Translations under genes and position numbers: made by a program
The notes under the pieces: model-generated
The model's input: the letters and a program-made list of their open reading frames with translations, nothing else
Told to the model about the DNA's origin: nothing
Databases searched by the model: none
Part shown: positions 42,751 through 50,997 of the stretch, in pieces
Numbering within the stretch: position 1 is the stretch's first letter
Layout: every line of letters starts with the position of its first letter
NCBI GenBank assembly: GCA_964549615.1
Contig: CAZJVP010000020.1
Span: forward strand, 218,305-282,304
DNA length: 64,000 nucleotides
Direction: 5' to 3'
Source of the DNA: an uncultured Thermococci archaeon
Lineage (GTDB): Archaea; CAYQAE01; CAYVLA01

Positions 42751-43032
42751 CTAGCCTTTCCTCTCAACGGCCGATTCTTCCTCAACCAGTTTCTCAAGCT
42801 CCTTTTCGCTCGGCACCTTGCCCTCGAACACGACGCGTCTTCCGATGGCAATGGCGGGGGTCATCCAGAATCCGTAGCTCTGCCCTTCCTCGGACATCGC
42901 GTCCACGTGGATCACCCGCGCGCCAGGATGCTTCGAAGCGACCTTCTCAGCAACCGCCAATGCCGACCTGCATCGCGCGCACGGCGGGTTCGGCCCGAAA
43001 ACCCTGATCTCAATCTCGCCCAACCTTCTCAC
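42751..43032 (-). CDS. Small thioredoxin-like protein (MTH895-type)
   Basis: GPNPPCARC, MTPAIAI, FEGKVPS. Confidence 0.85.
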   Translation of the reverse strand: MRRLGEIEIRVFGPNPPCARCRSALAVAEKVASKHPGARVIHVDAMSEEGQSYGFWMTPAIAIGRRVVFEGKVPSEKELEKLVEEESAVERKG

Positions 43033-43051
43033 CTCCGCACGCCAATAGGTC

Positions 43052-44104
43052 TCATACGTACGAACCGATCAAGTATCCAGCAAGCGTAGAGAAGACCACC
43101 ACCAGCAATATGTAGACCCCAGTCTTTCGAACCCCAAGGATGCGGCAGAGAACCAACATGCTGGGAAGGCTTACCGCCGGCCCGGCCAACAGCAGCGAGA
43201 GCGCCGGACCGAAGCCCATGAAGCCGGAATTGTACCCGAACGTGGTCCCGATTATCGGAACCTCGAGCAACGTCGGCATGTACAGTATTGCTCCTATGAC
43301 GGATCCCAGGAAGCATGCCGAAAGCGAGTTCCCGCCGAGGTAGGGTCGAAACGTCTCTGGCGGCAAATAATATGACACGAATCCTACCACGAACGTTCCC
43401 AAGACTAGGACGGGAAAGATCTTGCGTGCAAGCTCCCACGATTCCCTCAACCAATCCGCCACGAGATCCATCGTGTACGAGCGGGCAAGGTGCGACACCG
43501 CAATCGCCCCGATCACGAAGATGCCTGTCATCTTGAACGCTGCCTGCATTTTCCAAGTCCCAACCACCAGAACCGCGACCAGCAAGGCGATCAGGGGGAG
43601 AGGTGACGGCCCGCTATCCACCGACGTTTCGACGACGCGCTGCCGCGGCCTCGGTCCCCCCGCCGGCCCGCTTTGCTTTCTGAAGATCATGGACATCGAC
43701 ACGCCGATCAAGATCGAGAGCACGATGGCCGCGAATGCACGAGCCACCCCAAGATCCAAACCTAGAACCCTTGCAGTGTAGACGACCGCAAGTAAGTTAA
43801 TCGCCGGCCCGGAGTAGAGAAAGGCTGAGGCAGGTCCGATGCCGGAGCCACGCCTGTAGATCCCGGCGAAGAGCGGCAGAATCGTGCAGCTACAGACGGC
43901 CAGGATCGTCCCAGAAACGCTCGCCACCGAATAGGACTTGTACTTGGGCACGTCGCTCCCGAAAAGCCTAAGAACCGAGTCCTTTCTCACGAAGACCGTT
44001 ATGGCACCCGCGATCAGGAAGGCCGGAACCAGGCAGGTCAGCACGTGGGCTGAGAGGTACTCCGCCACATTCAGTAGCCCGGATGCAACCGCCTGGAGTA
44101 TCAT
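43052..44104 (-). CDS. ArsP/DUF318 permease
   Basis: HVLTCLVPAF, AVCSCTILP, YSGPAIN, LLAGPAVSLP; start moved to ATG 44104. Confidence 0.9.
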   Translation of the reverse strand: MILQAVASGLLNVAEYLSAHVLTCLVPAFLIAGAITVFVRKDSVLRLFGSDVPKYKSYSVASVSGTILAVCSCTILPLFAGIYRRGSGIGPASAFLYSGPAINLLAVVYTARVLGLDLGVARAFAAIVLSILIGVSMSMIFRKQSGPAGGPRPRQRVVETSVDSGPSPLPLIALLVAVLVVGTWKMQAAFKMTGIFVIGAIAVSHLARSYTMDLVADWLRESWELARKIFPVLVLGTFVVGFVSYYLPPETFRPYLGGNSLSACFLGSVIGAILYMPTLLEVPIIGTTFGYNSGFMGFGPALSLLLAGPAVSLPSMLVLCRILGVRKTGVYILLVVVFSTLAGYLIGSYV

Positions 44105-44127
44105 CAATTCAACAAAAATTGAATTGA
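44104..44127. promoter_or_regulatory. Palindromic operator candidate TCAATTCAA-N6-TTGAATTGA
   Basis: Perfect 9-bp inverted repeat abutting the permease start codon. Confidence 0.7.
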
Positions 44128-44246
44128 ATAAAAATCTGTCCTTACGACAACCAAGGCTACACCTAGCCCGCATGGCCGCGGCGTAGGATGACAAACGACC
44201 GTGCCGCCCGAAATCTATATAAGTACATTAGTATAGGCTTAAGTCC

Positions 44247-44630
44247 ATGCCGCCGCCCAAGAAAGAGCCCGACCAAGAGGCCGACGAAGCTGCAGCAGTC
44301 TTCCGGGCGCTTGGCGATCCAACCCGCCTCAAGCTAGTGAGGTTGCTCTCCCGCCAACGCGACCCTGACGCCCTCTGCGTCGAGGCGCTGGCTCAGTTGC
44401 TCGGGGTGACGCAGTCGGCTGTCTCCCAACATCTTCGTGTGCTCAAGGCGATCGGGCTGGTGAAGGGCGAAAGGCGTGGCTATCACGTCCACTATTTCAT
44501 CGAAGGCCAAGGGCTGGAAAAGGTCAGGGCGCTTGCCTTGAGGACCCTGACGCCGGAGGGTTCAAGCGAAGCTGCGCCCTGCAACGGGTGCCGTTCAGAC
44601 CGGAGGCAAAAAGATGCTTCGAAGAAGTGA
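44247..44630 (+). CDS. ArsR/SmtB transcriptional regulator
   Basis: FRALGDPTRL, LCV, QSAVSQHLRVL; TATA-like tatataa at 44216. Confidence 0.92.
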   Translation: MPPPKKEPDQEADEAAAVFRALGDPTRLKLVRLLSRQRDPDALCVEALAQLLGVTQSAVSQHLRVLKAIGLVKGERRGYHVHYFIEGQGLEKVRALALRTLTPEGSSEAAPCNGCRSDRRQKDASKK

Positions 44631-44807
44631 GGGAGGGCCGGATGGCATCCATCTTCGACCCGTGGGCACGGGTAGCTTCCCGGCGACTTTGGAAGACTCA
44701 CTGATCCAACCGCTCGACCAAGAGTTCCCCGCCTGGATGCCTGATGGGAAGATAGCACGCCCACGCGCCGGAATCGCGGAGAGACACCAATCGAGGAGCG
44801 GGTTTTA

Positions 44808-45758
44808 GTGAGTGCCATGGGTCCTGAAGATGCCTACGCAATCCAGGTTCGCCACCTGACGAAACGCTACGGGCAGCTGGTCGCAGTGGATGACGTGAGC
44901 TTCGAAGTCAAGTTCGGAGAATTCTTCGGCTTTCTCGGCCCAAACGGTGCAGGAAAGACCACCACTCTCAGAATCCTAACCGGAGTTGTCCGGCCCGATG
45001 GCGGCGCGGCCCTCGTCGCCGGATATGCGGCAGGAAGCACGCAAGCCAAGCAATTGTCCGGGGTCGTGCCTGAGATGTCAAACCCCTACGTTGACCTTTC
45101 CGGCTGGGGCAACCTCATGCTCATGGCCAGCCTCTACGGCCTGCCGCCGAAAACCGCCCGTCTCAGAAGCGAAAGCTTGCTTGCGGAGCTGGGGCTCTTA
45201 GAACGCCGACACGATCCCGTCAAGACCTACTCCAAGGGCATGAGGCAGCGCCTCGTCCTCTGCATGGGCCTCGTCAGCGACCCGAAAGTGCTCTTCCTGG
45301 ACGAACCGACCTCCGGGCTCGACGTTCAGAGCGCCCGGCTGATCAAGGGGATGCTTCGCCGACTCAACGAAGAGGGGAAGACGATCTTCCTCACCACCCA
45401 CGACATGGATGAGGCGAATCAACTATGCGAGCGGGTCGGCGTCATCAACAAGGGAAGGATGGTCGCCGTGGATGCCCCGGAAAGCCTCAGGATGGCCGTG
45501 AGCCCGATGCACTCAGTAGAGATCAGCTTCGACCGCGCCCCGGAGGTGGACGCCTTGGCCCACCTGCCGGGCGTCAGCAGCGTCCAGAAAACGGGTGACA
45601 AGTATAGGCTGTATACTGAGAATCCCGGCGAGCTTGTCGTCAGCCTGGTCAACCATGCCTGCTCTGCCGGGCTCAGGATCGTCTCGCTCAACACGCTCAG
45701 CCCATCACTGGAGGATGCCTTCGTGGCCCTGACCGAAAAGGAGGTCTTCCATGATTGA
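44808..45758 (+). CDS. ABC exporter ATP-binding subunit
   Basis: GPNGAGKTT, YSKGM, LDEPTSGLD, TTH. Confidence 0.95.
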   Translation: MSAMGPEDAYAIQVRHLTKRYGQLVAVDDVSFEVKFGEFFGFLGPNGAGKTTTLRILTGVVRPDGGAALVAGYAAGSTQAKQLSGVVPEMSNPYVDLSGWGNLMLMASLYGLPPKTARLRSESLLAELGLLERRHDPVKTYSKGMRQRLVLCMGLVSDPKVLFLDEPTSGLDVQSARLIKGMLRRLNEEGKTIFLTTHDMDEANQLCERVGVINKGRMVAVDAPESLRMAVSPMHSVEISFDRAPEVDALAHLPGVSSVQKTGDKYRLYTENPGELVVSLVNHACSAGLRIVSLNTLSPSLEDAFVALTEKEVFHD

Positions 45759-46503
45759 CCGGGCCTCGGTCACGCAGCTCAGGCGATGCCTGACCATAGC
45801 GGGCAAGGACATCCGCATCTACTACTCCAAGGGACCCGTGGTGATCTTCGGCATCCTATTCCCGCTCTTCTTGTATCTTGCCTTCACGATCGGCAGGCAG
45901 GTGTCAATCAACTCCATGCTCCCCGGATTGGTCGGAACGATCCTGTTCTTCACGGCGACCTCGATTTCGCCCGTGGTCATCCCCTGGGAGGGCCAAGCAA
46001 GGACGCTGGAAAGACTCATGTCCTGTCCCGTCAGGCTCGAAACGATAGTCGGCGGCGACGTGCTCGCTTCGGCCGTCTTCGGCACGGCCATCACAACGAT
46101 TGCACTTGCGTTCGGGCTTGCCCTCGGATCAACGCCATCCAGGCCCGCAGTCCTGGCCGCGGCACTCGTCCTCGCGGCCCTGTGCTTCGCCTCCCTCGGC
46201 ACCATCTTCTCGGTTCCGCCCACCAACGTCCCGGCCACGGTGAACATGATTGCCGCAGTGGTGAGGTTCCCCGTCGTGTTCATCAGCGGCGTCTTCATAC
46301 CACTTCCTGATCTGCCTTCCTGGGGGCGCGTCGTTGCCTACGGATCTCCGCTCACCTACTTCACCGACGCAGCCCGGCACTGCATCCAAGGCCGAGGATA
46401 CCTACCCCTTCCAGTTGACCTGTTGGTGCTAGTTGCATTCACCGCCGCGTTTCTTCTAGCGGCGATGGAACTTCATCGTAGCACGATGCCCAGGAGGGTG
46501 TGA
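45751..46503 (+). CDS. ABC-2 type permease
   Basis: TLERLMSCPV, FISGVFIPL, SPLTY; about 6 TM. Confidence 0.92.
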   Translation: MIDRASVTQLRRCLTIAGKDIRIYYSKGPVVIFGILFPLFLYLAFTIGRQVSINSMLPGLVGTILFFTATSISPVVIPWEGQARTLERLMSCPVRLETIVGGDVLASAVFGTAITTIALAFGLALGSTPSRPAVLAAALVLAALCFASLGTIFSVPPTNVPATVNMIAAVVRFPVVFISGVFIPLPDLPSWGRVVAYGSPLTYFTDAARHCIQGRGYLPLPVDLLVLVAFTAAFLLAAMELHRSTMPRRV

Positions 46504-46601
46504 CATGCTTAGGGCCGGTGGAGATCATGCAGACTTTGCTGGATTGGTCCGGACGCTACAACGCTTGTATCCAGAAGAACGAAAGAGGAGGTGACAGGTG
46601 A

Positions 46602-46784
46602 ATGTGCTGCGGATGTGGATGCGGGCACCGAGGACATGGGGCCGGCTGGTGCCATGAGCCCTTCCGAGGTCAACCACCCTTGATGACGGTTGAGGAGGAG
46701 GTCAAGACGCTGGAGGAGCTCAGAAAGGACCTCGAAGACCGCCTCAATAGGGTGAACAAGCGTCTTGAGGCACTGAAGCAGTAG
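46602..46784 (+). CDS. Small Cys/His/Gly-rich coiled-coil protein (DUF5320-like)
   Basis: MCCGCGCGHRGH then heptads; strong GAGGAGGTGA RBS. Confidence 0.8.
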   Translation: MCCGCGCGHRGHGAGWCHEPFRGQPPLMTVEEEVKTLEELRKDLEDRLNRVNKRLEALKQ

Positions 46785-47101
46785 GTGCCAGGCCCCGGCA
46801 ACGGTCGGTGACAGACCTCGTGGGGAGAGACCTCGTGTTGCTTCCGGGCGCACTGCCCACGGGGCCGCTGTATGTGGCATTTCGCATAGCTTCCGGGCCA
46901 ATAAGCAAGGGCGCCCGCATTGTGGACGTTGCGTCTCGCTATCCACCTGGTCCTGTATTAAGATACTTTAGGAGATAGGAGATGGTGGAGCTTCGGTTCC
47001 TAGGATTGGAGTTCATGTTGTCGAGGCTGGCCCTGACCGTGATCCTGGTGATGCCAATGGGGTTGGAAATCGAGGCAATAGTCCGAAAGGAGGTGATCTA
47101 G

Positions 47102-47443
47102 TTGGTGGTAAATACCATTGACGTCCGAAAGCTGATTCGCTTTTCCACGGACGAGGGTCGGCTTGACACCATGGAGAAGCGTCGAGCGGTGAAGAGGGAC
47201 CTGCTTCGCACAGACTACTTCAACATCGTGCTCGTATGCCTGGAAGAGGGGCAGGAGATTCCGGCCCGGCCGGAGCCATATGAGGTCTGCTTCTACGTCA
47301 TCGAAGGCAGAGGAGTCTTCACCGTTGGAGAGAAGAGAGTGAGTCTAGACGAAGGAAACATGATTCTGGTTCCCGCAGACATCGCTCGTGGAATCAGAGC
47401 CGAGGAGCGGATGAGCATCCTGGGGATACAGCAGCCTCACTGA
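47102..47443 (+). CDS. Cupin domain protein
   Basis: CLEEGQEIP, FYVIEGRG, VPADIARGI; GGAGGTGA RBS. Confidence 0.85.
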   Translation: MVVNTIDVRKLIRFSTDEGRLDTMEKRRAVKRDLLRTDYFNIVLVCLEEGQEIPARPEPYEVCFYVIEGRGVFTVGEKRVSLDEGNMILVPADIARGIRAEERMSILGIQQPH

Positions 47444-47590
47444 AGAGCGACCCCGTGAGAATCGGGCTCCTGCAGAGTGCAGCGGAACCAAGGAAGAGAT
47501 GGCCACCATAGTCGCTCACCAACGTTCTATCGCGGGTCGGAACGATACTTCCCCTTGCCATGAGAATCCCCTCACAGGAGAAGACAAGCC

Positions 47591-48196
47591 CTAACCGGAC
47601 CCTCTCAAGTCGTCCGTGCCCAAGACCGAGGCTTCAACGCTTTGGCGATTCAACAGTCCGCATAGAGCGGAGAGCCTCTTAGCGAAGCGTTTCGCGTCCC
47701 CAGTTGCCTTGTCGTCCCTCGCTATGTCTCCTTTTTCGTAGGCCGTTCCAGAAACTCCGCGATGTCCAAGAATCATTTCATGCTTAAGCATAAAGGCGTG
47801 GATGGCCGTCAGGGCAGATTCGAGCCCGTATCCTCGGCCAACGACGATCCCCCCTCCTATCTTGTCTCTGAGTTTTCCCCTGATGCACCACGTCCTGTCC
47901 ATCAAGATCTTAACCTGAGCGCTCACGTTGTTGAAATAAACCGGGCTGGCTATGACGATCACATCGGAACCGATAAGCTTCGGAAGGATCACGCTGCTCA
48001 CATCATCCTCTATGCAGCACTTCCCATTCCCAAGGCAGGACCCGCAGGATGAGCAGGGCTTCATCTCACATCTGTACAGCTGCAATTTCTCGGTCTTGAA
48101 CAACGTGCCATCGAACTCACCGAGGGCTGCGTCAAGCAAGATCTCGGTATTACCGTTGGGTCGAGGGCTACCACAAATGCCTAAGACTTTGAGCAA
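47591..48196 (-). CDS. Flavodoxin-fold iron-sulfur flavoprotein (Isf-like / NADPH-FMN reductase family)
   Basis: GSPRPNGNT, CSSCGSC-x5-C, SPVYF, MDR. Confidence 0.9.
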   Translation of the reverse strand: MLKVLGICGSPRPNGNTEILLDAALGEFDGTLFKTEKLQLYRCEMKPCSSCGSCLGNGKCCIEDDVSSVILPKLIGSDVIVIASPVYFNNVSAQVKILMDRTWCIRGKLRDKIGGGIVVGRGYGLESALTAIHAFMLKHEMILGHRGVSGTAYEKGDIARDDKATGDAKRFAKRLSALCGLLNRQSVEASVLGTDDLRGSG

Positions 48197-48217
48197 CTCT
48201 GTCAGCCGCCTTTGACA

Positions 48218-48575
48218 CTAGCCTTGAGAAGATTTGAGGCATCCAAGGATCTTCAGGGTCCTGCGCCCCCGTTTCGTCAGACTGTACACCTGCCACCTGC
48301 CCTTCTCCTGCGCCTTCGCCAAGCCAGTTCGCTTTAGGATAGAAAGGTGGTAGGAGAGTTTTGGCCGGGGCAGTCCGAGCACGTTGCTCAGGACGCATGG
48401 GCAAAGAGGCAGCTCCTGCAGAAGCATAAGGGCCTTGAGCCTGATGGGCTCCGAGAGGCCTTGCACCATCTTGGTTTGTTGCAGGATTGCCTCCTCGTTA
48501 GCCAGCAACGCGATGAGCGCCTCGATGCCCCCCCTTTTTGCTCAACTGGCTTTTCACTGGTTCAGGGACCTCCAT
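48218..48575 (-). pseudogene. ArsR regulator with a frameshift in a G7 run
   Basis: MEVPEPVKSQLSKKG / GIEALIALLANEE..LSEPIRLK..LCPC aligns with the 40175 paralog only if one G at 48528-48534 is removed. Confidence 0.8.
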
Positions 48576-48693
48576 ACCCTCTCCATCTGGAGTCCCCCCG
48601 CCCCAACGGAGCTCGTCCATAAGCTGATCCGCCTTCAGTACCTTGACGGGCGTGCTTCGACCAAGTACCAGAGCCAGGGCTACGTCTACCCTC

Positions 48694-49071
48694 CTACGTC
48701 ATCGACTCCCGGGCCAGCTGCCAGGCCGCAAGGAACACGGCGAAAGTTGGCATGCCAGCAACCGGTATCAGCGTGAAAGCCGTCTCCAATAGCTCCCCTT
48801 CATCTGCTCCTGCCTTCAATGCCCCGGTTATGTGCATCACCGTCGCTTCACGATCGCGTTGTGCGGCTGTGATCGCGGCGTGAATGAGGAACTTGTGCTT
48901 CTTTGATAAGACTCCGTCGTTAAGCGTCAGTTCATGCAACTTCAGAAAAGCCGCGCAAACGGCTGGGTCCTTCTCTTTCAGGAAAGCCACGGGCTCCAAG
49001 ACCCTTCCGAACTCCTGTCCGAAAGCTGCTAGACTCTCACCTATCTTATTCCTCGCCTCATCGTTCTGCAA
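48694..49071 (-). CDS. Carboxymuconolactone decarboxylase/AhpD-family protein
   Basis: DGVLSKKHKFLI, HITGALKAGA..EL.E, AGMP. Confidence 0.8.
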   Translation of the reverse strand: MQNDEARNKIGESLAAFGQEFGRVLEPVAFLKEKDPAVCAAFLKLHELTLNDGVLSKKHKFLIHAAITAAQRDREATVMHITGALKAGADEGELLETAFTLIPVAGMPTFAVFLAAWQLARESMT

Positions 49072-49116
49072 ACCCCTGCCTCCTCATCATTTTGTCGCAA
49101 ACCTGGTCTTCGGCAC

Positions 49117-49131
49117 TTCAAGTCGTTTGAA
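49117..49131. promoter_or_regulatory. Operator-like TTCAA-N5-TTGAA upstream of the CMD gene
   Basis: ttcaagtcgtttgaaa differs by one deleted base from ttcaagatcgtttgaaa at 40601. Confidence 0.45.
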
Positions 49132-49151
49132 ACGGCACGCTTCCCGGACCC

Positions 49152-49394
49152 TCATTTCCGGGTGCTCAGCCACTTCTTCACCTCGTGGACCTCCGGCACC
49201 CTTCCGCCCAGCATAAGCTTACCGTCTATCACCACGGAAGGGTTGTCGGTGATGCCCCTCCTCAGCATCTCCATCTGGTCGTACACATGCACAACCTCTG
49301 CCTCGATGCCTAGCTCCCTGACCGCTTGTCTGCAATTTTCCTCCGTCTTTCTGCACTTGGGGCAGCCCACTCCGAACACCTCTATCTTTACCAT
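49152..49394 (-). CDS. Small thioredoxin-like protein (MTH895-type)
   Basis: IEVFGVGCPKC, PSVVIDG, GRVP. Confidence 0.9.
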   Translation of the reverse strand: MVKIEVFGVGCPKCRKTEENCRQAVRELGIEAEVVHVYDQMEMLRRGITDNPSVVIDGKLMLGGRVPEVHEVKKWLSTRK

Positions 49395-49416
49395 TGCTTT
49401 CACCTCCTTGTAGAGC

Positions 49417-50445
49417 TCATAGACCTCCAACGAAATTCAAGTATAACAAACCGGCAGCCATGGCCCAGAGTACAGCAAGCAACGCATAGCTTCCGACGGT
49501 TTTCCATCCTATTATCCGCGAAACCCCCAACATCGATGGGATTGAAGACATCGGAGCTCCCAACATGAACGCCAAGGCAGCGCTGGGTGACATCCCGGCA
49601 CTCAAGAGCGCCTTGACGAAGAAGACCTCCACGAGAGTTGGCGTGTACAGGGGGACGCCGATCGCGGCTGCTATGAAGATGCCCCGCACCCCGGTCAGGT
49701 ATGTCCCCACAAGATCCCTCGGCATATATGCGTCGATGAAGCTCACGGCCGCGACGCCAAGCAAGAGATACGGCAAAACCATCCTGACAAGCGCGTATGC
49801 CTCTTTCAGCGAATTCACAGACCTCCCCCAGAAGTCCATCTTGACCACTTCCTCTGCTTTTGCTGCGGAGATGCCGGCAAATCTCTCCTCAACGGCTCTA
49901 CCCCAGGCTGTCTTGGCGACAAGGAAACCAATCAGGATCGCGCCGAAGAAACTGAAACCAAAGCGGGACACAGCCATCAGTGGCGAGATAAGCTCCGAGG
50001 TGAACAGGATTGCGAGGAAGTTGGCAGCCGGAGCCATCAACAGGAAGGTTAATGCTGGCCCGATGCCGGCCCCCGTCGCCATTATGCCCCCGAATACAGG
50101 TATCATCGCACACGAGCAGACAGTCAGAACCGGGGCGAACAAGGCGGCCAGGATGTATGACCTTGCGCTCTTGCTCGAAAGGGAATTCCGCATCCTCTCT
50201 CGCGGTACGAATGCCTCTACCACACCGCCAAGCATGAAGGCGAAAAGAAATGCTCCCCATGCTCTAGAGAGATAACCCGCGAGGTAAACAAATGGGACCA
50301 GGACGGGATGATATGAGCTGAGGTCTCCGTACTCGTAAACCGGAACCACCGGGTGGCCCGTGACCCTAGCATACGCCATCGTAAACAGGCCAAAGAAAAG
50401 GATAGCCCAAGCCGCGGCGGCCACAATTTTACTTCTGCGCTGCAT
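49417..50445 (-). CDS. ArsP/DUF318 permease
   Basis: VCSCAMIP, GPALTFLLMAP, GVPLY, ALAFMLGAP. Confidence 0.9.
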   Translation of the reverse strand: MQRRSKIVAAAAWAILFFGLFTMAYARVTGHPVVPVYEYGDLSSYHPVLVPFVYLAGYLSRAWGAFLFAFMLGGVVEAFVPRERMRNSLSSKSARSYILAALFAPVLTVCSCAMIPVFGGIMATGAGIGPALTFLLMAPAANFLAILFTSELISPLMAVSRFGFSFFGAILIGFLVAKTAWGRAVEERFAGISAAKAEEVVKMDFWGRSVNSLKEAYALVRMVLPYLLLGVAAVSFIDAYMPRDLVGTYLTGVRGIFIAAAIGVPLYTPTLVEVFFVKALLSAGMSPSAALAFMLGAPMSSIPSMLGVSRIIGWKTVGSYALLAVLWAMAAGLLYLNFVGGL

Positions 50446-50725
50446 CTCTGGCTTTCATCTCCGAGAATTTTATCAGCGCTTCCCTGCCCGTCATCCCCTC
50501 TGAGACGCCCAGGGCCCTGGCCTTTTGAGTGCAGGATTCTATCCTAGCCTCCAACGCATCTTCAATCCTCGTCAGACCCTTTACCCTGGCCGCTGTGACG
50601 TTGCGTTCACTCAAAGCGTCTATATCGAAGTTCCTACACACAAGCAAGCCTTTCTTGGCTACTAGAACGATGATGGCCGGGCTTCCAGGAGAATCCGGAT
50701 TTGCAATTCTTACGCCAACAACGGT
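50429..50725 (-). pseudogene. YunC/DUF1805-family gene lacking its start
   Basis: TVVGVRI..AKKGLLVC..AARVKG..ARALGVSEGMTGREAL; no start codon upstream of the homologous N-terminal part before an in-frame TGA. Confidence 0.7.
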
Positions 50726-50931
50726 CCATACGAGCCCAGAAAGGGATCAGGCGCTCGGAAGCAATCATAGGGGAAGTACCTGCAGTCCCGAAGTATCTTC
50801 CCATTAGAGTCATCCCCAACAAAGAAAGCGAGATAGCTCCGTGTGGAATTCACTGCGGAAGATGCTTGCGCTACGAGAACGAGAAGTGTCTCGGGTGCCC
50901 GGCGACCAAGTACTACCGCGGTCCCCTCTGA
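50725..50931 (+). pseudogene. Orphan C-terminal Cys-rich fragment, possibly of an Lrp/AsnC-type regulator
   Basis: IRAQKGIRRSE..APCGIHCGRC..CLGCPATKYYRGPL*; parent family is recalled, not verified. Confidence 0.5.
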
Positions 50932-50997
50932 GTTTCCTCTTACACAAAGCTTGTTGCCTTCTTTCAGAGGTGTACGCCACGAGTGCGCCTGGGCCTC

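Noticed and set aside
44614-44808. 64-aa ORF between arsR and the ABC ATPase
   Set aside because: No recognisable motif or clear RBS; cannot be supported
40175-50445. Selenocysteine or pyrrolysine readthrough in the redox genes
   Set aside because: All CxxC/CSC motifs use ordinary Cys codons and no in-frame stop splits a recognisable domain
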